A stretch of DNA of 63,830 nt, counting the filler, from Chiloscyllium plagiosum (lineage: Eukaryota): the NCBI RefSeq assembly GCF_004010195.1. It is 5 parts of one record of this genome, joined end to end, with 100 filler letters (N's around TTAATTAATTAA, not from the genome) between each part and the next. Parts side by side here need not be neighbours in the genome. Positions count along the whole stretch, not along the records: positions 1 to 26,121 come from NC_057714.1; positions 26,222 to 45,466 come from NC_057714.1; 3 more parts are not named here. One strand, written 5' to 3'. The position numbers and the translations under genes are program-made. Shown here in pieces: positions 22,180 to 35,190 of the stretch. A model generated the notes under the pieces. The model was not told where the DNA came from, did no database searches, and saw nothing but the letters and a program-made list of their open reading frames with translations. The stretch's first letter is position 1; each line of letters begins with the position of its first letter.

Positions 22180-22800
22180 ACAGTATGTGACTTGGAGGGG
22201 AACCTGCGGTGGTGATCCATCTATCTGCCCTTGTGCATCTATCAGATTTTGGAAAAATGGTAACTGCAGAATTCTTAGCCTTTGAATTGCTCTTGTCATT
22301 GCTATTTATATTTTATTTGTTTGTGGGATGTGGTTGTCTGCCTAGGCCAGCATTTATTGCTCATCCCGAATGCCCTGAAGAAGGTGCTGACCTGTCTTTT
22401 TGAATGGTCGCAGTCCTTGAAGTAACTGGAGACCACTATGTTGTTTGGAAGGGAGTTTCAGGTTTTGACCCAGTGAGGTTGGTGGTCTATCATGACCCCA
22501 AAACACGTTAATGATGGGAATTTTGACAATGTTAATGCCATTGAATGTCGAGCAGATAACTGGATTCTTTCTTGTTTAAGATGCTTTTTGCCTGGCCTAG
22601 TTTGGTATGGATGTCACGCATCAGCCTAAGCCTAAGTGTCTAAGCATAATATATGGGCACTGACTGCTTCAGTACACTGGAATAAAAAATAATGTGAATG
22701 TTATGTAATCATCAGCATACATTCCTGTTTCTGACCTTGTGAAGGGATGAAAACTCATTCATGAAGCTGAAGATATCTAGGCCTTGAATATTTTTCTTTT
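22180..22800 (-). mobile_element. Old LINE fragments, probably the same group as 17140-17880
   Basis: Reverse complement of the AATAAATGCTGGCCTAG tail and of degenerate ADDCT-like RT sequence. Confidence 0.45.
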
Positions 22801-23315
22801 TGACTCCTGTTTCAATGTTGTAATTGTTGAGGTATTTGTTCTCTAACAGTCAATGGCAAGCTTTCAGAGTCCCAATGACTCTATGGCTACCTGATTCTGC
22901 AGTTTGTTAAATGCTACCAGTATCAATGGTTGATAATCTTATGTTGTCTTATAATTCAGCTCCCTTATCTATGTTTGCTCCAAAATGAGAGCAAACAATG
23001 AGATTCGGAGAAGTCCAACCTGAAGAGGATATCAGTGAATGTTACTTAATAGCATCTCTGACTCTTTACAACACTTTGGACTAATATAGCAGTAATTGAA
23101 TTTATTTTGTCTTTTATAGCATTATTAATTCCTTGAGTAGCTTGCTGCCCCACTTGAGTTATGAGAGGCACATTACTGAGGCTTTTTATCACACGGGCTG
23201 GGTCTTTTTTGTAGAATCCCTACAGTGTGGAAACAGGCCATTTGGCCCAACAAGTCCACACTGACCCTCTGAAGGATAACCCATTCAGATCCATTCCCTT
23301 ACTGCCTTTGCTGTT

Positions 23316-23551
23316 TCTGGATTAGAGTGGTGCTGGAAAAACACAGCAGTTCAGGAGCATCCGAGGAGCAGGAAAATTGACGTTTTGAGCAAAAGCCGAT
23401 CATTCCTGATGATCTATTCATCTATTCCTGATGAAGGGTTTTTGCCCGAAACGTCGATTTTCCTGCTCCTTGGATGCTGCCTGAACCGCTGTGCTTTTCC
23501 AGCACCACTCTAATCCAGAATCTGGTTTCCAGCATCTGCAGTCATTGTTTT
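23316..23551. mobile_element. Palindromic PLE-A insert with hammerhead motif and 14-bp flanking duplication
   Basis: CTGATGA-A-GGGT-TTTT-GCCC-GAAA-CGTC at 23428-23455. TGCCTTTGCTGTTT at 23302-23315 and 23552-23565. Confidence 0.8.
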
Positions 23552-26500
23552 TGCCTTTGCTGTTTGGATTCATGTATCGCTGGATATCGGAGTGCATCTG
23601 GGAAAATTAACAAACACTGAAATTCACAACTGATCTTGGAGGAACTGTTTGGGCGAAGTGCACAACACAGAAGCAGATAAGTGTATTGTTTCAAGTGGGA
23701 CCTACAGAAAGTCTGCAGTAGTGAGTAGAGTGGGTTCTTTCTTGATTATATGTTTTTTGAGATATGTCTCTTGATTAAACTTAAAATATAAGCCGTAACT
23801 ATTAATTTAACCTGGGGCAGTGTTTTGTAGAGGAATTAGACGGTGTTATTTTCTGAGCAAATTCTGAAGGAGCAAAAATGGCCTTTAGTAGAATGACGTG
23901 CGCCTCTTGTCAGATGCGGGAGTTTAAAGAGAGTTTGAGTTACTGTGGATTACTGCAATAAATACTGTTGGTTGCGAATCTTATCGGATCGAATGGATCG
24001 GTTGGAGAGACAGTTAGAAGCAATGAGGAATTTAGAACAGCAACAGAATGTGATGGATGGCAGTTATAGGAAGGGAGGAAAGTCTGAGATGCAGTCACAT
24101 AGATGGGTTAATTCCAGGGAAGGTAAGAGAGGTAGGCAGCTAGTGCTATCCCCTTTTCAGACAAGTATGCTGTTTTGGAAAATGTAGGGGGTGATGGATT
24201 CTCATGGGAATGTAGCATGAACAGCCAAGTTTCTGGTATTGAGACTGTCTCTAATGCAATGAGAGGTACATTGGGTTCCAAAAGATCAATTGTATTGGGG
24301 ACTCTCTAGTCCAAGGTGCAGACAGACGTTTCTGTGGCCAGTAGCAAAAAATCAGAATGTTGTGTTGCTTCCCTGGTGTCAGGATCAAGGATGTCTCACA
24401 GGGTGCAGAATGTTCTCAAGGGGAAAGAGGGGCCACCAGGAGGTTATTGTCCACATTGGAACGACATAGGAAGGGGAAAGGTTGAGATTCTGAAGGGAGA
24501 CTTCAGAGATTTACGCAGGAATTTAAAAAGGAGGTCCTCAAGAGTAGTAATATCTGGATTACTCCCAATGCTACGAGCTAGTGAGGGCAGGAATAGGAGG
24601 ATTGAGCAGATGAATGCATGGCTGTATGGGAGAAGGATTCACATTTTTGGATCATTGGAATCTCTTTTCGGGTAGAAGTGACCTGTGCAAGAAGGACGGA
24701 TTGCACCTAAATTGGCAGGGAGATTAGCTAGAGCTGCTCGGGAGGATTTAAACTAGTAAGGTTGGGGGGTGGGACCCAGGGAGGACAGAGATCAATCTGA
24801 CACTGGTGCAGTTGAGAACAGAAGCAAGTCAAACAGTCAGGGCAGGTAGGGACAAGGTAGGACTAATAAATTAAACTGCATTTCTTTCAATGCAAGCGGC
24901 CTAATGGGGAAGGCAGATGAACTCTGGGCATGGTTAGGAACATGGGACTGGAATATCATATCAATTATGGAAACATGGCTCAGGGATGGGCAGGATTGGC
25001 AGTTTAATGTCCCAGGATACAAATGCTTCAGGAAGGATAGAAAGGGAGGCAAAAGAGGAGGGGGAGTGGCGTTTTTGATAAGGGATAGCATTACAGCTGT
25101 ACTGAGGGAGGATATTCCCAGAAATACATCCAGGGAAGTTATTTGGGTGGAGCTGAGAAATAAGAAAGGGATGATCACCTTATTGGGATTGTATTGTAGA
25201 CCCCCTAATAGTCAGAGGGAAATTGAGAAACACACTTGTCAGGAGATCTCAGCTGTGTGTAAGAATAATAGGGTGGTTATGTTTGGGGATTTTAACTTTC
25301 CAAACAAAGACTGGGACTACCATGGTGTTAAGGGTTTAGATGGAGAGGAATTTGTTAAATGTGTACAAGAAAATTTTCTGATTCAGTATGTGGATGTACC
25401 GACGAGAGAAGGTGCAAAACTTGACCTATCCTTGGGAAATAAGGTAGGGCAGGTGACTGAGGTGTCAGTGGGGGAGCATTTTGGGGCCAGCGGCCATAAT
25501 TCCATTAGATTTAAAATAGTGATGGAAAAGGATAAGCCAGATCTAAAAGTTGAAGTTCTAAATTGAAGAAAGGTCAATTTTGACAGTATTAGGCAAGAAC
25601 TTCCAAAAGCTGATTGGAGGCAGATGTTCGCAGGTAAAGGGACGGCTGGAAAATGGGAAGCCTTCAGGAATGAGATAACGAGAATCCAGAGAAGGTATAT
25701 TCTTGTTAGGGTGGAAGGAAAGGCTGGTAGGTATAGGGAATGCTGGATGACAAAAGAAATTGAGGGTTTGGTTAAGAAAAAGAAGGAAGCATGTGTAAGG
25801 TATAGACAGGATGGATCGAGTGAGTCCTTAGAGTATAAAGACAGTAAGAGGGAAATCAGGAGGGCAAAAAGGAGACATGAAATAGCTTTGGCAAATAGAT
25901 TTAAGGAGAATCCAAAGGGTTTTTACAAATACATTAAGGACAAAATGATAACTAGGGAGAGAATAGATTAGGTAACAACAATGACTGCAGATGCTGGAAA
26001 CCAGATTCTGGATTAGTGGTGCTGGAAGAGCACAGCAGTTCAGGCAGCATCCAAGGAGCAGTAAAATCGACGTTTCGGGCAAAAGCCCTTCTTCAGGAAT
26101 AAAGGCAGAGAGCCTGAAGCANNNNNNNNNNNNNNNNNNNNNNNNNNNNNNNNNNNNNNNNNNNNTTAATTAATTAANNNNNNNNNNNNNNNNNNNNNNN
26201 NNNNNNNNNNNNNNNNNNNNNGGGGAGCGGGGAATGGGGGCGGAGCCGGTAACGAGTGGGTGTGATGGTGGGGGGAATGGTGGTGGAGTCATGAGCAGGG
26301 GTGGAGTTCCCCTCAGGGTTCTGGGGGCCATGAATGGTGTCAGTGGGATCTGTGGGGGGCGTGTCAGCAGAATGCAGGTGAGTGGCGTTGGTGGGGGCGG
26401 AAGTGGTGGCAGATACGGCAGTAGGGATGGCGGAAGTCACTGAGCATATTAGCAAGGCGGCTTTGTGTGGAGCCACAGAAAATGGGGGAGATACTAAACG

Positions 26501-27955
26501 AGTATTTTGCATCAGTATTTACTGTGGAAAAGGATATGGAAGATATAGACTGTAGGGAAATAGATGGTGACATCTTGCAAAATGTCCATATTACAGAGGA
26601 GTAAGTGCTGAATATCTTGAAACGGGCAAAAGTGGATAAATCCACATGAACTGATCAGATGTACCCAAGAACTCTGTGGGAAGCTAGAAAAGTGATTGCT
26701 GGGCCTCTTGCTGAGATATTTGTATCATCGATAGTCACAGGTGGTGTGTCGGAAGACTGAAGGTTGGCTAACGTGGTGCCACTGTTTAAGAAGGGTGGTA
26801 AGGGCAAGCCAGTGGTGCCACTGTTTAAGAAGGGTGGTAAGGGCAAGCCAGGGAACTACAGACCAGTGAGCCTGACTTGGGTGGTGGGCAAGTTGTTGGA
26901 GGGAATCCTGAGGGACAGGATGCACATGTATTTGGAAAGGCAAGGATTGATTATGAATAATCAACATGGCTTTGTGCGTGGGAAATCATGTCTCACAACC
27001 TTGATTGAATTTTTTGAAGAAGTAACAAAGAGGATTAATGAGGGCAGAGCAGTAGATGTGATCTATATGGACTTCAGTAAGGTGTTTGACAAGGTTCCCC
27101 ATGAGAAACTGGTTAGCAAGGTTAGATCTCATGGAATAAAGGGAGAACTAGCCATTTGGATACAAAACTGCTCAAAGGTAGAAGACAGAGAGTGGTGGTG
27201 GAGGGTTGTTTTTCAGACTTGAGGCCTGTGACCAGTGGAGTGCCTCTAGGATAGGTGCTGGGTCCTCTACTTTTTGTCATTTACATAAATGATTTGGATG
27301 CGAGCATAAGAGGTACAGTTAGTAAGTTTGCAGATGACACCGAAATTGGATGTGTAGTGGACAGCGAAGAAGGTTACCTCAGATTACAACAGGATCTTGA
27401 TCAGATGCGCCAATGAGCTGAGAAGTGGCAGATGGAGTTTAATTCAGATAAATGCGAGGTGCTGCATTTTGGGAAAGCAAATCTTAGCAGGACTTATACA
27501 CTTAATTTTAAGGTCCTGAGGAGTGTTGCTGAACAAAGAGACCTTGGAGTGCAGGTTCATAGCTCCTTGAAAGTGGAGTCGCAGGTAGATAGGATNNNNN
27601 NNNNNNNNNNNNNNNNNNNNNNNNNNNNNNNNNNNNNNNNNNNNNNNNNNNNNNNNNNNNNNNNNNNNNNNNNNNNNNNNNNNNNNNNNAGAACTAGAGA
27701 GCATAGGTTTAGGGTGAGAGGGGAAAGATATAAAAGGGACCTTAGGGGCAACTTTTTCACACAGAGAGTGGTACGTGTATGGAATGAGCTGCCAGAGGAA
27801 GTGGTGGAGGCTGGTACAATTGCAACATTTAAGAGACATTTGAATGGGTATATGAATAGGAAGAGTTTGGAGGGATATGGGTTGGATGCTGGCAGGTGGG
27901 ACTGGATTGGGTTGGACCGAAGGGTCTGTTTCCATTCTGTACATCTCTATGATTC
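23552..27955 (+). mobile_element. Near full-length, disrupted CR1 LINE (ORF1 zinc finger + SGNH esterase; ORF2 APE endonuclease + RT)
   Basis: ORF1 about 23878-24756 (MAFSRMTCASC..., GDSLV, RVVISGLLP). ORF2 about 24870-27905 (ETWL, GGGVAF, GDFNFP, VIYMDFSKVFDKVPH, KFADDT). Several stops and frameshifts. Spans two gaps. Confidence 0.9.
25972..26447 (-). mobile_element. PLE-A inserted in CR1 ORF2 (spans a gap), with intact hammerhead motif at about 26065-26100 on minus
   Basis: Minus strand: ATTC-CTGAAGA-A-GGGC-TTTT-GCCC-GAAA-CGTC. 26222-26447 encodes Thr/Pro-rich sequence similar in style to 44600-45000. Confidence 0.75.
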
Positions 27956-28622
27956 CCTGACCCTATTATTTTACATTTCCCCTGACTAATGCACCTAACT
28001 TGCACATCTCTGAACCCTATGGACAGTTTAGCATGGCCATTCCTAACCTGCACATATTTGGATTGTTCGAGGAACCCGGAGTACTTGGAGGAAAGCAATG
28101 CAGACGCGGAGAGTATGTGCAAAATCCACACAGTCGCCTGAGGCTGGAACCAAACCCACGTCTTGGTGCTGTGAGGCAGCAGTGCTAACCACTGAGCCAC
28201 CGTGCTGCCAGAGAAGGATCATCTTCTCTGAAGGACATTAGTGAACTATGGGTTTTTATTAGAATCTAGAAGTTCCATGGTCACCCTTACCAGTAGTTGC
28301 CTTTTGCTGTATTTTGTTGATCCAACTTGATTTTAGTAAAGCAACTCTGTCTTAGTAGAATTGTTGCATAATGGCAGGACCTGCAAACCCGGTCATTTTT
28401 ATTTAAAACACAATCTGAAAATTTTTGTGAATTTTTACGTTAATTTATTTGACTTACAACAGAAAGTTGCAAGGCCATGATGTGCTTTGTGTTGTGCTGC
28501 TTATTGCTTTATTATTTCTTTCCCTGCAATGTTGCAAAATCTTGAGGCGTGTCTATAAGGTCAATTCACCTTATAATGTGTACCTTCAGCCCATTCTGTT
28601 TTCAATGCCCTTTTCCAATATA

Positions 28623-28965
28623 CAGTAGCGCCTCGACATACGAACAAATCGGTTTACGAACAGGATTGTACATAAAATTTTGCTTGAACGTACATACGAA
28701 ATTCAACGTATGAACGAAGGTACGAACGCAAAAAGCCTGTGTGCGACCACGTGGTTTCATTGCTCTGCTTTGCTACGCTCTTGTTGAACGCAAAAGCTCT
28801 CGGGTCCCGCGCGATTTCATTCAGTTCGTCTTTGGCGCGTGCTTTGTGAACAACGTTCGTTGCTATGTCCAAGCATTCTTACGCTATCCGAACAATGGGA
28901 AAAATTGATTCAGTTCGCGAACTGGGTCCCGGAACGGATTAAGTTCGTAAGTCAAGGCACTACTG
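28623..28965. mobile_element. Tc1/mariner (Tigger/pogo-type) MITE
   Basis: TIRs CAGTAGCGCCTCGACATACGAAC ... GTTCGTAAGTCAAGGCACTACTG, with TA on both sides. Confidence 0.9.
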
Positions 28966-29020
28966 TATTTGTATTTGTTTTTGTTTGCACTGGTTTTAGA
29001 AACATACTTAAGGAAGTTAA

Positions 29021-29105
29021 AAATCACACAACACCACATTACAGTCCAACAGGTTTATTTGGAAACACAGCTTTCGGAGCATTGCTCCTTCATTAGGTGG
29101 TTATA
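29021..29105 (-). mobile_element. PLE family B terminal fragment with decayed hammerhead motif
   Basis: Minus strand: CAC-CTAATGA-A-GGAGC-AAT-GCTCC-GAAA-GC. ACTTAAGGAAGTTAA at 29006-29020 and 29106-29120. Confidence 0.75.
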
Positions 29106-29715
29106 ACTTAAGGAAGTTAAGCTTATTTAGGAGATTTTAATGCACTTTCTGTATGTATGAGCATTTTGCATATAGTACAGAATGACTGCATTTTCATTTA
29201 GAAAATAATAAAAGGCAATCTAGCAGAATTTTGTATAGATTGAAATTTTTGTAAATAAATGTTGGTAAATTTTCTTTCCATTTAGTTTCAATGAATTTAA
29301 CATTTTGAACTTGTCAAAATACCAAAACTATGTTCAGAGTGCAGTATGGGTTAGAATATGCTGCAGATATGACTTAGTTATTTGTTTTTGTCAAATAGGT
29401 GGTGCAGAACATGTATTTCCAGAGGGACTCAGTCCATGAAGTGCTACTAGTAGATCTAATTGGGTAGTTCTTTCAAAGAAGAGTTCAACTGTGCTTCAAG
29501 TTTTGTACTATTGTGCAGTTTTTAAATAATTAACAACTATACATTGTCACCATGGCAAAATTATAGCTTCCACTGGGTGAAATCTGTCCATTTTAGTTTA
29601 GACATACTTGCATATTTCTTCATGGGCCTTCCAGAATAACCTACTCTTTTTTTTGTTGGATTAAAATGCATGTACAATGCTCTACTGCAAATTGAACTGA
29701 ATTCTTCTACATGTT

Positions 29716-31620
29716 CATAAGATCATAAGACCATAAGACACAGGAGCGGAAGTAAGGCCATTTGGCCCATCGAGTCCACTCTGCCATTCAATCATGGCTG
29801 ACGGGCATTTCAACTCCACTCACCCGCATTCTCCCCGTATCCCTTAATTCCTTGTGACATCAAGAATTTATCAATTTCTGCCTTGAAGACATTTAGCGTC
29901 TCAGCCTCCACTGCACTCTGCGGCAATGAATTCCACAGGCCCACCATTCTCTGGCTGAAGAAATGTCTCTGTATTTCTGTTCTGAATTTACCCCCTCTAA
30001 TTCTAAGGCTGTGTCCACGGGTCCTAGTCTCCTCACCTAATGTAAACAATTTACTAGCGTCCACCCTCTCCAAGCCAAGTATTATCTTGTAAGTTTCTAT
30101 TAAATCTCCCCTTAATCTTCTAAACTCCAATGAATACAATCCCAGGATCCTCAGCCATTCCTCATATGTTAATCCTACCATTCCAGGGATCATCCATGTG
30201 AATCTCCGTTGGACACGCTCCAGTGCCAGTATGTCCTTCCTGAGGTGTGGGGACCAAAACTGGACACAGTACTCCAAATGGGGCCTAACCTGAGCTTTAT
30301 AAAGTCTCAGTAGCACAACGGTACTTTTATATTCCAACCCTCTTGAGATAATTGACAACATTGCATTCGCTTTCTTAATCACGGACTCAACCTGCATGTT
30401 TACCTTTAGAGAATCCTCAACTAGCCCTCCCAGATCCCTCTGTACTTTGGCTTTACGTATTTTCTCACTGTTTAGCAAGTAGTCCATGCTTGTATTCTTT
30501 TTTCCAAAGTGCAAGACCTCGCATTTGCTCACATTGAATTCCATCAGCCATTTCCTGGACCACTCCTCCAAACTGCCTAGATCCTTCTGCAGCCTCCCCA
30601 CATCCTCAGTACTACCTGNNNNNNNNNNNNNNNNNNNNNNNNNNNNNNNNNNNNNNNNNNNNNNNNNNNNNNNNNNNNNNNNNNNNNNNNNNNNNNNNNN
30701 NNNNNNNNNNNNNNNNNNNNNNNNNNNNNNNNNNNNNNNNNNNNNNNNNNNNNNNNNNNNNNNNNNNNNNNNNNNNNNNNNNNNNNNNNNNNNNNNNNNN
30801 NNNNNNNNNNNNNNNNNNNNNNNNNNNNNNNNNNNNNNNNNNNNNNNNNNNNNNNNNNNNNNNNNNNNNNNNNNNNNNNNNNNNNNNNNNNNNNNNNNNN
30901 NNNNNNNNNNNNNNNNNNNNNNNNNNNNNNNNNNNNNNNNNNNNNNNNNNNNNNNNNNNNNNNNNNNNNNNNNNNNNNNNNNNNNNNNNNNNNNNNNNNN
31001 NNNNNNNNNNNNNNNNNNNNNNNNNNNNNNNNNNNNNNNNNNNNNNNNNNNNNNNNNNNNNNNNNNNNNNNNNNNNNNNNNNNNNNNNNNNNNNNNNNNN
31101 NNNNNNNNNNNNNNNNNNNNNNNNNNNNNNNNNNNNNNNNNNNNNNNNNNNNNNNNNNNNNNNNNNNNNNNNNNNNNNNNNNNNNNNNNNNNNNNNNNNN
31201 NNNNNNNNNNNNNNNNNNNNNNNNNNNNNNNNNNNNNNNNNNNNNNNNNNNNNNNNNNNNNNNNNNNNNNNNNNNNNNNNNNNNNNNNNNNNNNNNNNNN
31301 NNNNNNNNNNNNNNNNNNNNNNNNNNNNNNNNNNNNNNNNNNNNNNNNNNNNNNNNNNNNNNNNNNNNNNNNNNNNNNNNNNNNNNNNNNNNNNNNNNNN
31401 NNNNNNNNNNNNNNNNNNNNNNNNNNNNNNNNNNNNNNNNNNNNNNTTGGGGATGAACCTCTGTACAGTGTCCTCAATTTTACCCACAAACTCCTGCCAT
31501 TTTTGCTTTACTGTCTTTCCTGCTAGGCTCTGCTTCCAGTCTTTTTTCGTTAGTTCCTCTCTCATGCCCTCATAATTACCTTTATTTAACTGTAACACCA
31601 TTACATCCGATTTTGCCTTC
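29716..31620 (-). mobile_element. CR1 LINE, 5'-truncated (spans a gap)
   Basis: WLMEFNVSKCEVLHFG...YCVQFWSPHL...HFFSQRMVGLWNSLP, with a (CATAAGA)n tail. Confidence 0.9.
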
Positions 31621-31719
31621 ATGAAATTCTATGTGGTAATCAAACGTCAAAGGGGATTTCAGTGGGGGATAAAGCTGTTATTCACATTTGATAATTTCTT
31701 AGATGCAAAAGCTATTTCG

Positions 31720-34700
31720 GAGTCATGGTCACAGAGTCCTATAGCCTTTTGGTTCAATCTGGTCCGTGCTGACCAAAATGTCTATCAATACTAGGCCCAT
31801 TTCCCTGTTCTTGGCCTATATCCATAGAACATAGAAAGTTACAGCACAGTACAGGCCCTTCAGCCCTCGATGTTGCATTAACCTGTGAAAATAATCTGAC
31901 ATCCATCTAACCTACATCGTTCCATTATTATCCATATGTATGTCCAATGCCCGTTTAAATGCCCTTAACGTCAGCGAGTCTACTACTGGTGCAGGCAGAC
32001 CATTCCACGCCCCTACTACTGAGTGAAGAAACTACCCCTAATATCTGTCCTAAATCTATCACTCCTCAATTTAAAGCTGTGTCCCCTCATGTTAGCCTTC
32101 ACCATCCGAGGAAAAAGACGCTCACTGTCCACCCTATCTAACTCTCTAGTTATTTTATATGTCTCGATTAAGTCACCTCTCAACCTTCTTCTCTCCAATG
32201 AACACAACCTCAGTTTCCTCAGTCTTTCCTCCTAAGACCTTCCTTCAATACCAGGCAACATCCTAGTAAATCTCCTCTGAGCCCTTTCCAAACCTTCCAC
32301 ATAACTAGGGAGAATGTAGGGCCAATCAAGGATAAAGGAGGGAACTTGTACTTGAAGTCAGGGGAAGTGGGCGAGATCCTAAATGATTACTTTGCATTGG
32401 TATTCACTCAGGAAAAGGATATAGAGGATAGTGAGATTTGTGTGGAGCATGGTAATGTGCTAGGGCATTTTTGACTTTGAGAAAGCAGTGTTGGATCTCT
32501 TGAAGAGCATTAAAGTGGATTAGCTCCGAGAGCTTAATGGTATGTACCCCAGGTAATGTATTTGTCCGAATGCCTTTTAAATGTTGTTCATGTATCCACC
32601 TCAACCACTTCCACAAGCAGCTTATTTCATATGCATGCCATCCTCTGTGTTTTAAAAAAAGAAGTTGCCCCTCTGGTTCCCTTTTATTCTTTCCCCTCTA
32701 ATGTTAAACTGATACCCTCTAGTTCTTGATTCCCCAAGACTGGGTAAAACACTGGGTGCATTCACCCTATCCATGCCTGTCATGATCTTTATACATTTAT
32801 AACAGTCAGTCTCCTATGCTCTAAAGTAAAATCTCTTAGCGTGTCCAACCTCTCCCAACACCTCTGACGTTTTGAGTCCTGGCAACATCCTTGTAAATTT
32901 CTTCTTCAATTTTTCCAGTTTAATAACATCGTTCCTATACCAAAGTGACCAAAACAGAACACAGTACTCCCAAGTATGGCCTCACCAACATCCCGTACAA
33001 CTGCAACACAACTTCCATACTCAGTGCCCTGACTGATGAAGGCCAGTGTGCCAAAAGCCTTCTTCACTGCCCTGTCTACCGAGGACTCCACTTTCAGAAA
33101 ACCGTGCACCTGAACTCCAAGGTCCCTCTGTTCCACTACACTCCTTAAGGCCCTACCATTCACCATGAAACTCCTACCTTGATTTGACTTTTCAAAATGC
33201 AAGACCTCATACTTATCTATATTAAACTCCATTTTTAATTTCTTGGCCCACTTCCCCAGCTGATCAAGGTCCTGCTGCAATTTCTGTTAACCTTCCTCAC
33301 TGTCCACAATGCTGCTTATTTTAGTAGCATCTGCAAACTTAATATTCACGCCTTGTACATTCTCATCCAAATCATTGATATAGATAACATACAGCAATTG
33401 GGCCAGCATCAACTCCTGAGGTACTCCACTTGTCCCAGGTCTCCAGCCTGACAAGTACCCTTCCTCTATTACCCTCTTCTTCCTACCATTAATCCAATTG
33501 TATATCCAATTTGCCAGCTCCCCTTGGATTCCATGCGATCTAAACTTCCAGAGCAGCCTACCATGTGGAGCCTATTAAAGGCCTTACTGAAATCCACATA
33601 GACTACATCTACCGCCCTTCCCGCATCAATCTTCCTGGTCACTTTATCAAAGTTGGGAGGCATGATCTCCCACGCACAAAGCTGTTGTTAAAATACCTAT
33701 TTCAGATGGCTCAGGGAATCCCTGATGGATTCGATATGTAAGGCTCTCTTGGTTCATCTCGGAGATTGTACTTTGTGGTAGTCTGGAAAATAAAACTCTT
33801 AAAGACAGTTTAGTTTAAATCATTACCTTTTATTTACCAATGGCATCCATGTTACACTACAATGTTGATATCTGCAGGCCAGGCTTGAGGTAAGGTTCTA
33901 AAACCATTAGCAGAGTATCTGCATCAGCTCTTGGCCCTAAGAGCTCTCTCAGGCTACTCCCTTTATTGCTGCAAACCAGCTATCTTTATACAGAAATTAG
34001 TATTAAAACAACACATGTCTTTAATCAGATATGCAGCAATAAAATGGCAAAAGTTTCCAGAGAAAGAGAAACTTCTTGACAGGTCTGAGTGTCATTGACT
34101 AAGTGGGAATCTTGATCAAGTTAGGCCAAGTGGCCAATTTCTTTGGCTGGGAAACCTTCCCTTTTCGCAGTACATCATAATGAGAGACCAGTCTAAAGTA
34201 TGTTGAAAAGGTCATAAGGTAACTTTGCTTAACCAAAATGCCCAGTACAATCGTCCTACAAAATGGCTTTTTCTTTTAAGATCATCTTAGATTCCCAGAT
34301 TCAAAATAAATTCATAACATTCAATGCATGACAAGCAAGAGTACACTAAGATCAGACCACAAAGAGTTAACCTTTCCATCCGTACTCTCACTCTCACTCT
34401 CACGGACATTTTCCAACTTTCTTACTATGTCAGTTTCAACCTTCGTGTTTTCCTAGCTCGTAAGAGTAACGAGACATTCGACTTTCAGAAGTCAAAATTA
34501 GAGAGCTGAGCTTCATAAATTCATATCTGCTCAGTATGGCATACATTAAAATGTATCCGGATTGTTCTATTGCATGCATATTCCACTCGGCTTATTAAAT
34601 TACAAGTTCTTTTCCTATTGAATGTGAGTTTTGTTAGGAGTCTTCAATATAAATCAGAAATTTAATTATCCAACATCCCACAGTGAAATATGCGTGCCTC

Positions 34701-35190
34701 TAGCCGCCGGAGTGAGAAGGAAGTACTGCCGCACATTCCACAAGTGAACAAATGTTATCACCTTATTTACGTCGATCCATTGACATTTAGAACAGATGTC
34801 CTTAATTGTTGGGGGGGGCATTCATTCAGAACAATGTGATCAAGCACTTTCTTGCATCTCCTTCGCTCATGTGTAAGGCTACCAGCTTTCTCATCATGTT
34901 GACTATTCCTAATCAAACCCTGTCTTTCCAAATGCAAGTATATCTTAGAATCTTCTTAAATAACTTATGTATCACAGATGTTAAGCTTACTGGCCCATAA
35001 TTCCCAGGTTTCTCTTTGCAGCTCTTTTGAATAAGGGCACAACATTCCCTCCCCTCCAGTCTTCTGGGACCTCACCCATGGCTAATGGTGCAAAAATATG
35101 AGCCAGGACCCCCCACAATTCTTTCTCTCGCCTCATGCAGTGTTCTTGGATACATCTGGTCAGGCCCAGGAGATGTGTCCACCTTTGGTC
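31720..35190 (-). mobile_element. Cluster of nested CR1 fragments (inner copy about 31822-32300; + strand piece about 32303-32553)
   Basis: MEFNIDKYEVLHF, VDVVYVDFSKAF, SPGPDQMYPRTL. The outer copy is interrupted at 33682 and resumes at about 34893. Confidence 0.8.
33683..34892 (-). mobile_element. Probable solo LTR or unclassified ~1.2-kb insertion inside CR1
   Basis: Splits CCACGCACAAAGC|CATGTTGACTAT. Has TG...CA ends, and GTATAAAG and AATAAA on the minus strand in LTR order. Confidence 0.5.

Larger units (their letters stand above)
23213..28208 (-). mobile_element. HE1 SINE split into 23213-23301 and 27956-28208 by a CR1 insertion
   Basis: The two halves are contiguous with the 2270-2569 copy. 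ATTCCCTTAC and ATTCCCTGAC lie at the junctions. Confidence 0.75.

Noticed and set aside
26166..26177. TTAATTAATTAA inside N-runs (also at 45511-45522, 55923-55934 and 61891-61902)
   Set aside because: The identical 12-mer sits in the middle of four gaps and gives stops in all six frames, so it is an artificial scaffolding spacer. Adjacency across these gaps is uncertain.
29399..29463. Possible coding exon 2 after acceptor TTTTTGTCAAATAG
   Set aside because: The peptide is unrecognisable and the donor is weak.
29810..31622. Long ORFs of 336-559 aa
   Set aside because: Their length comes from reading through Ns; the real parts are CR1 ORF2.
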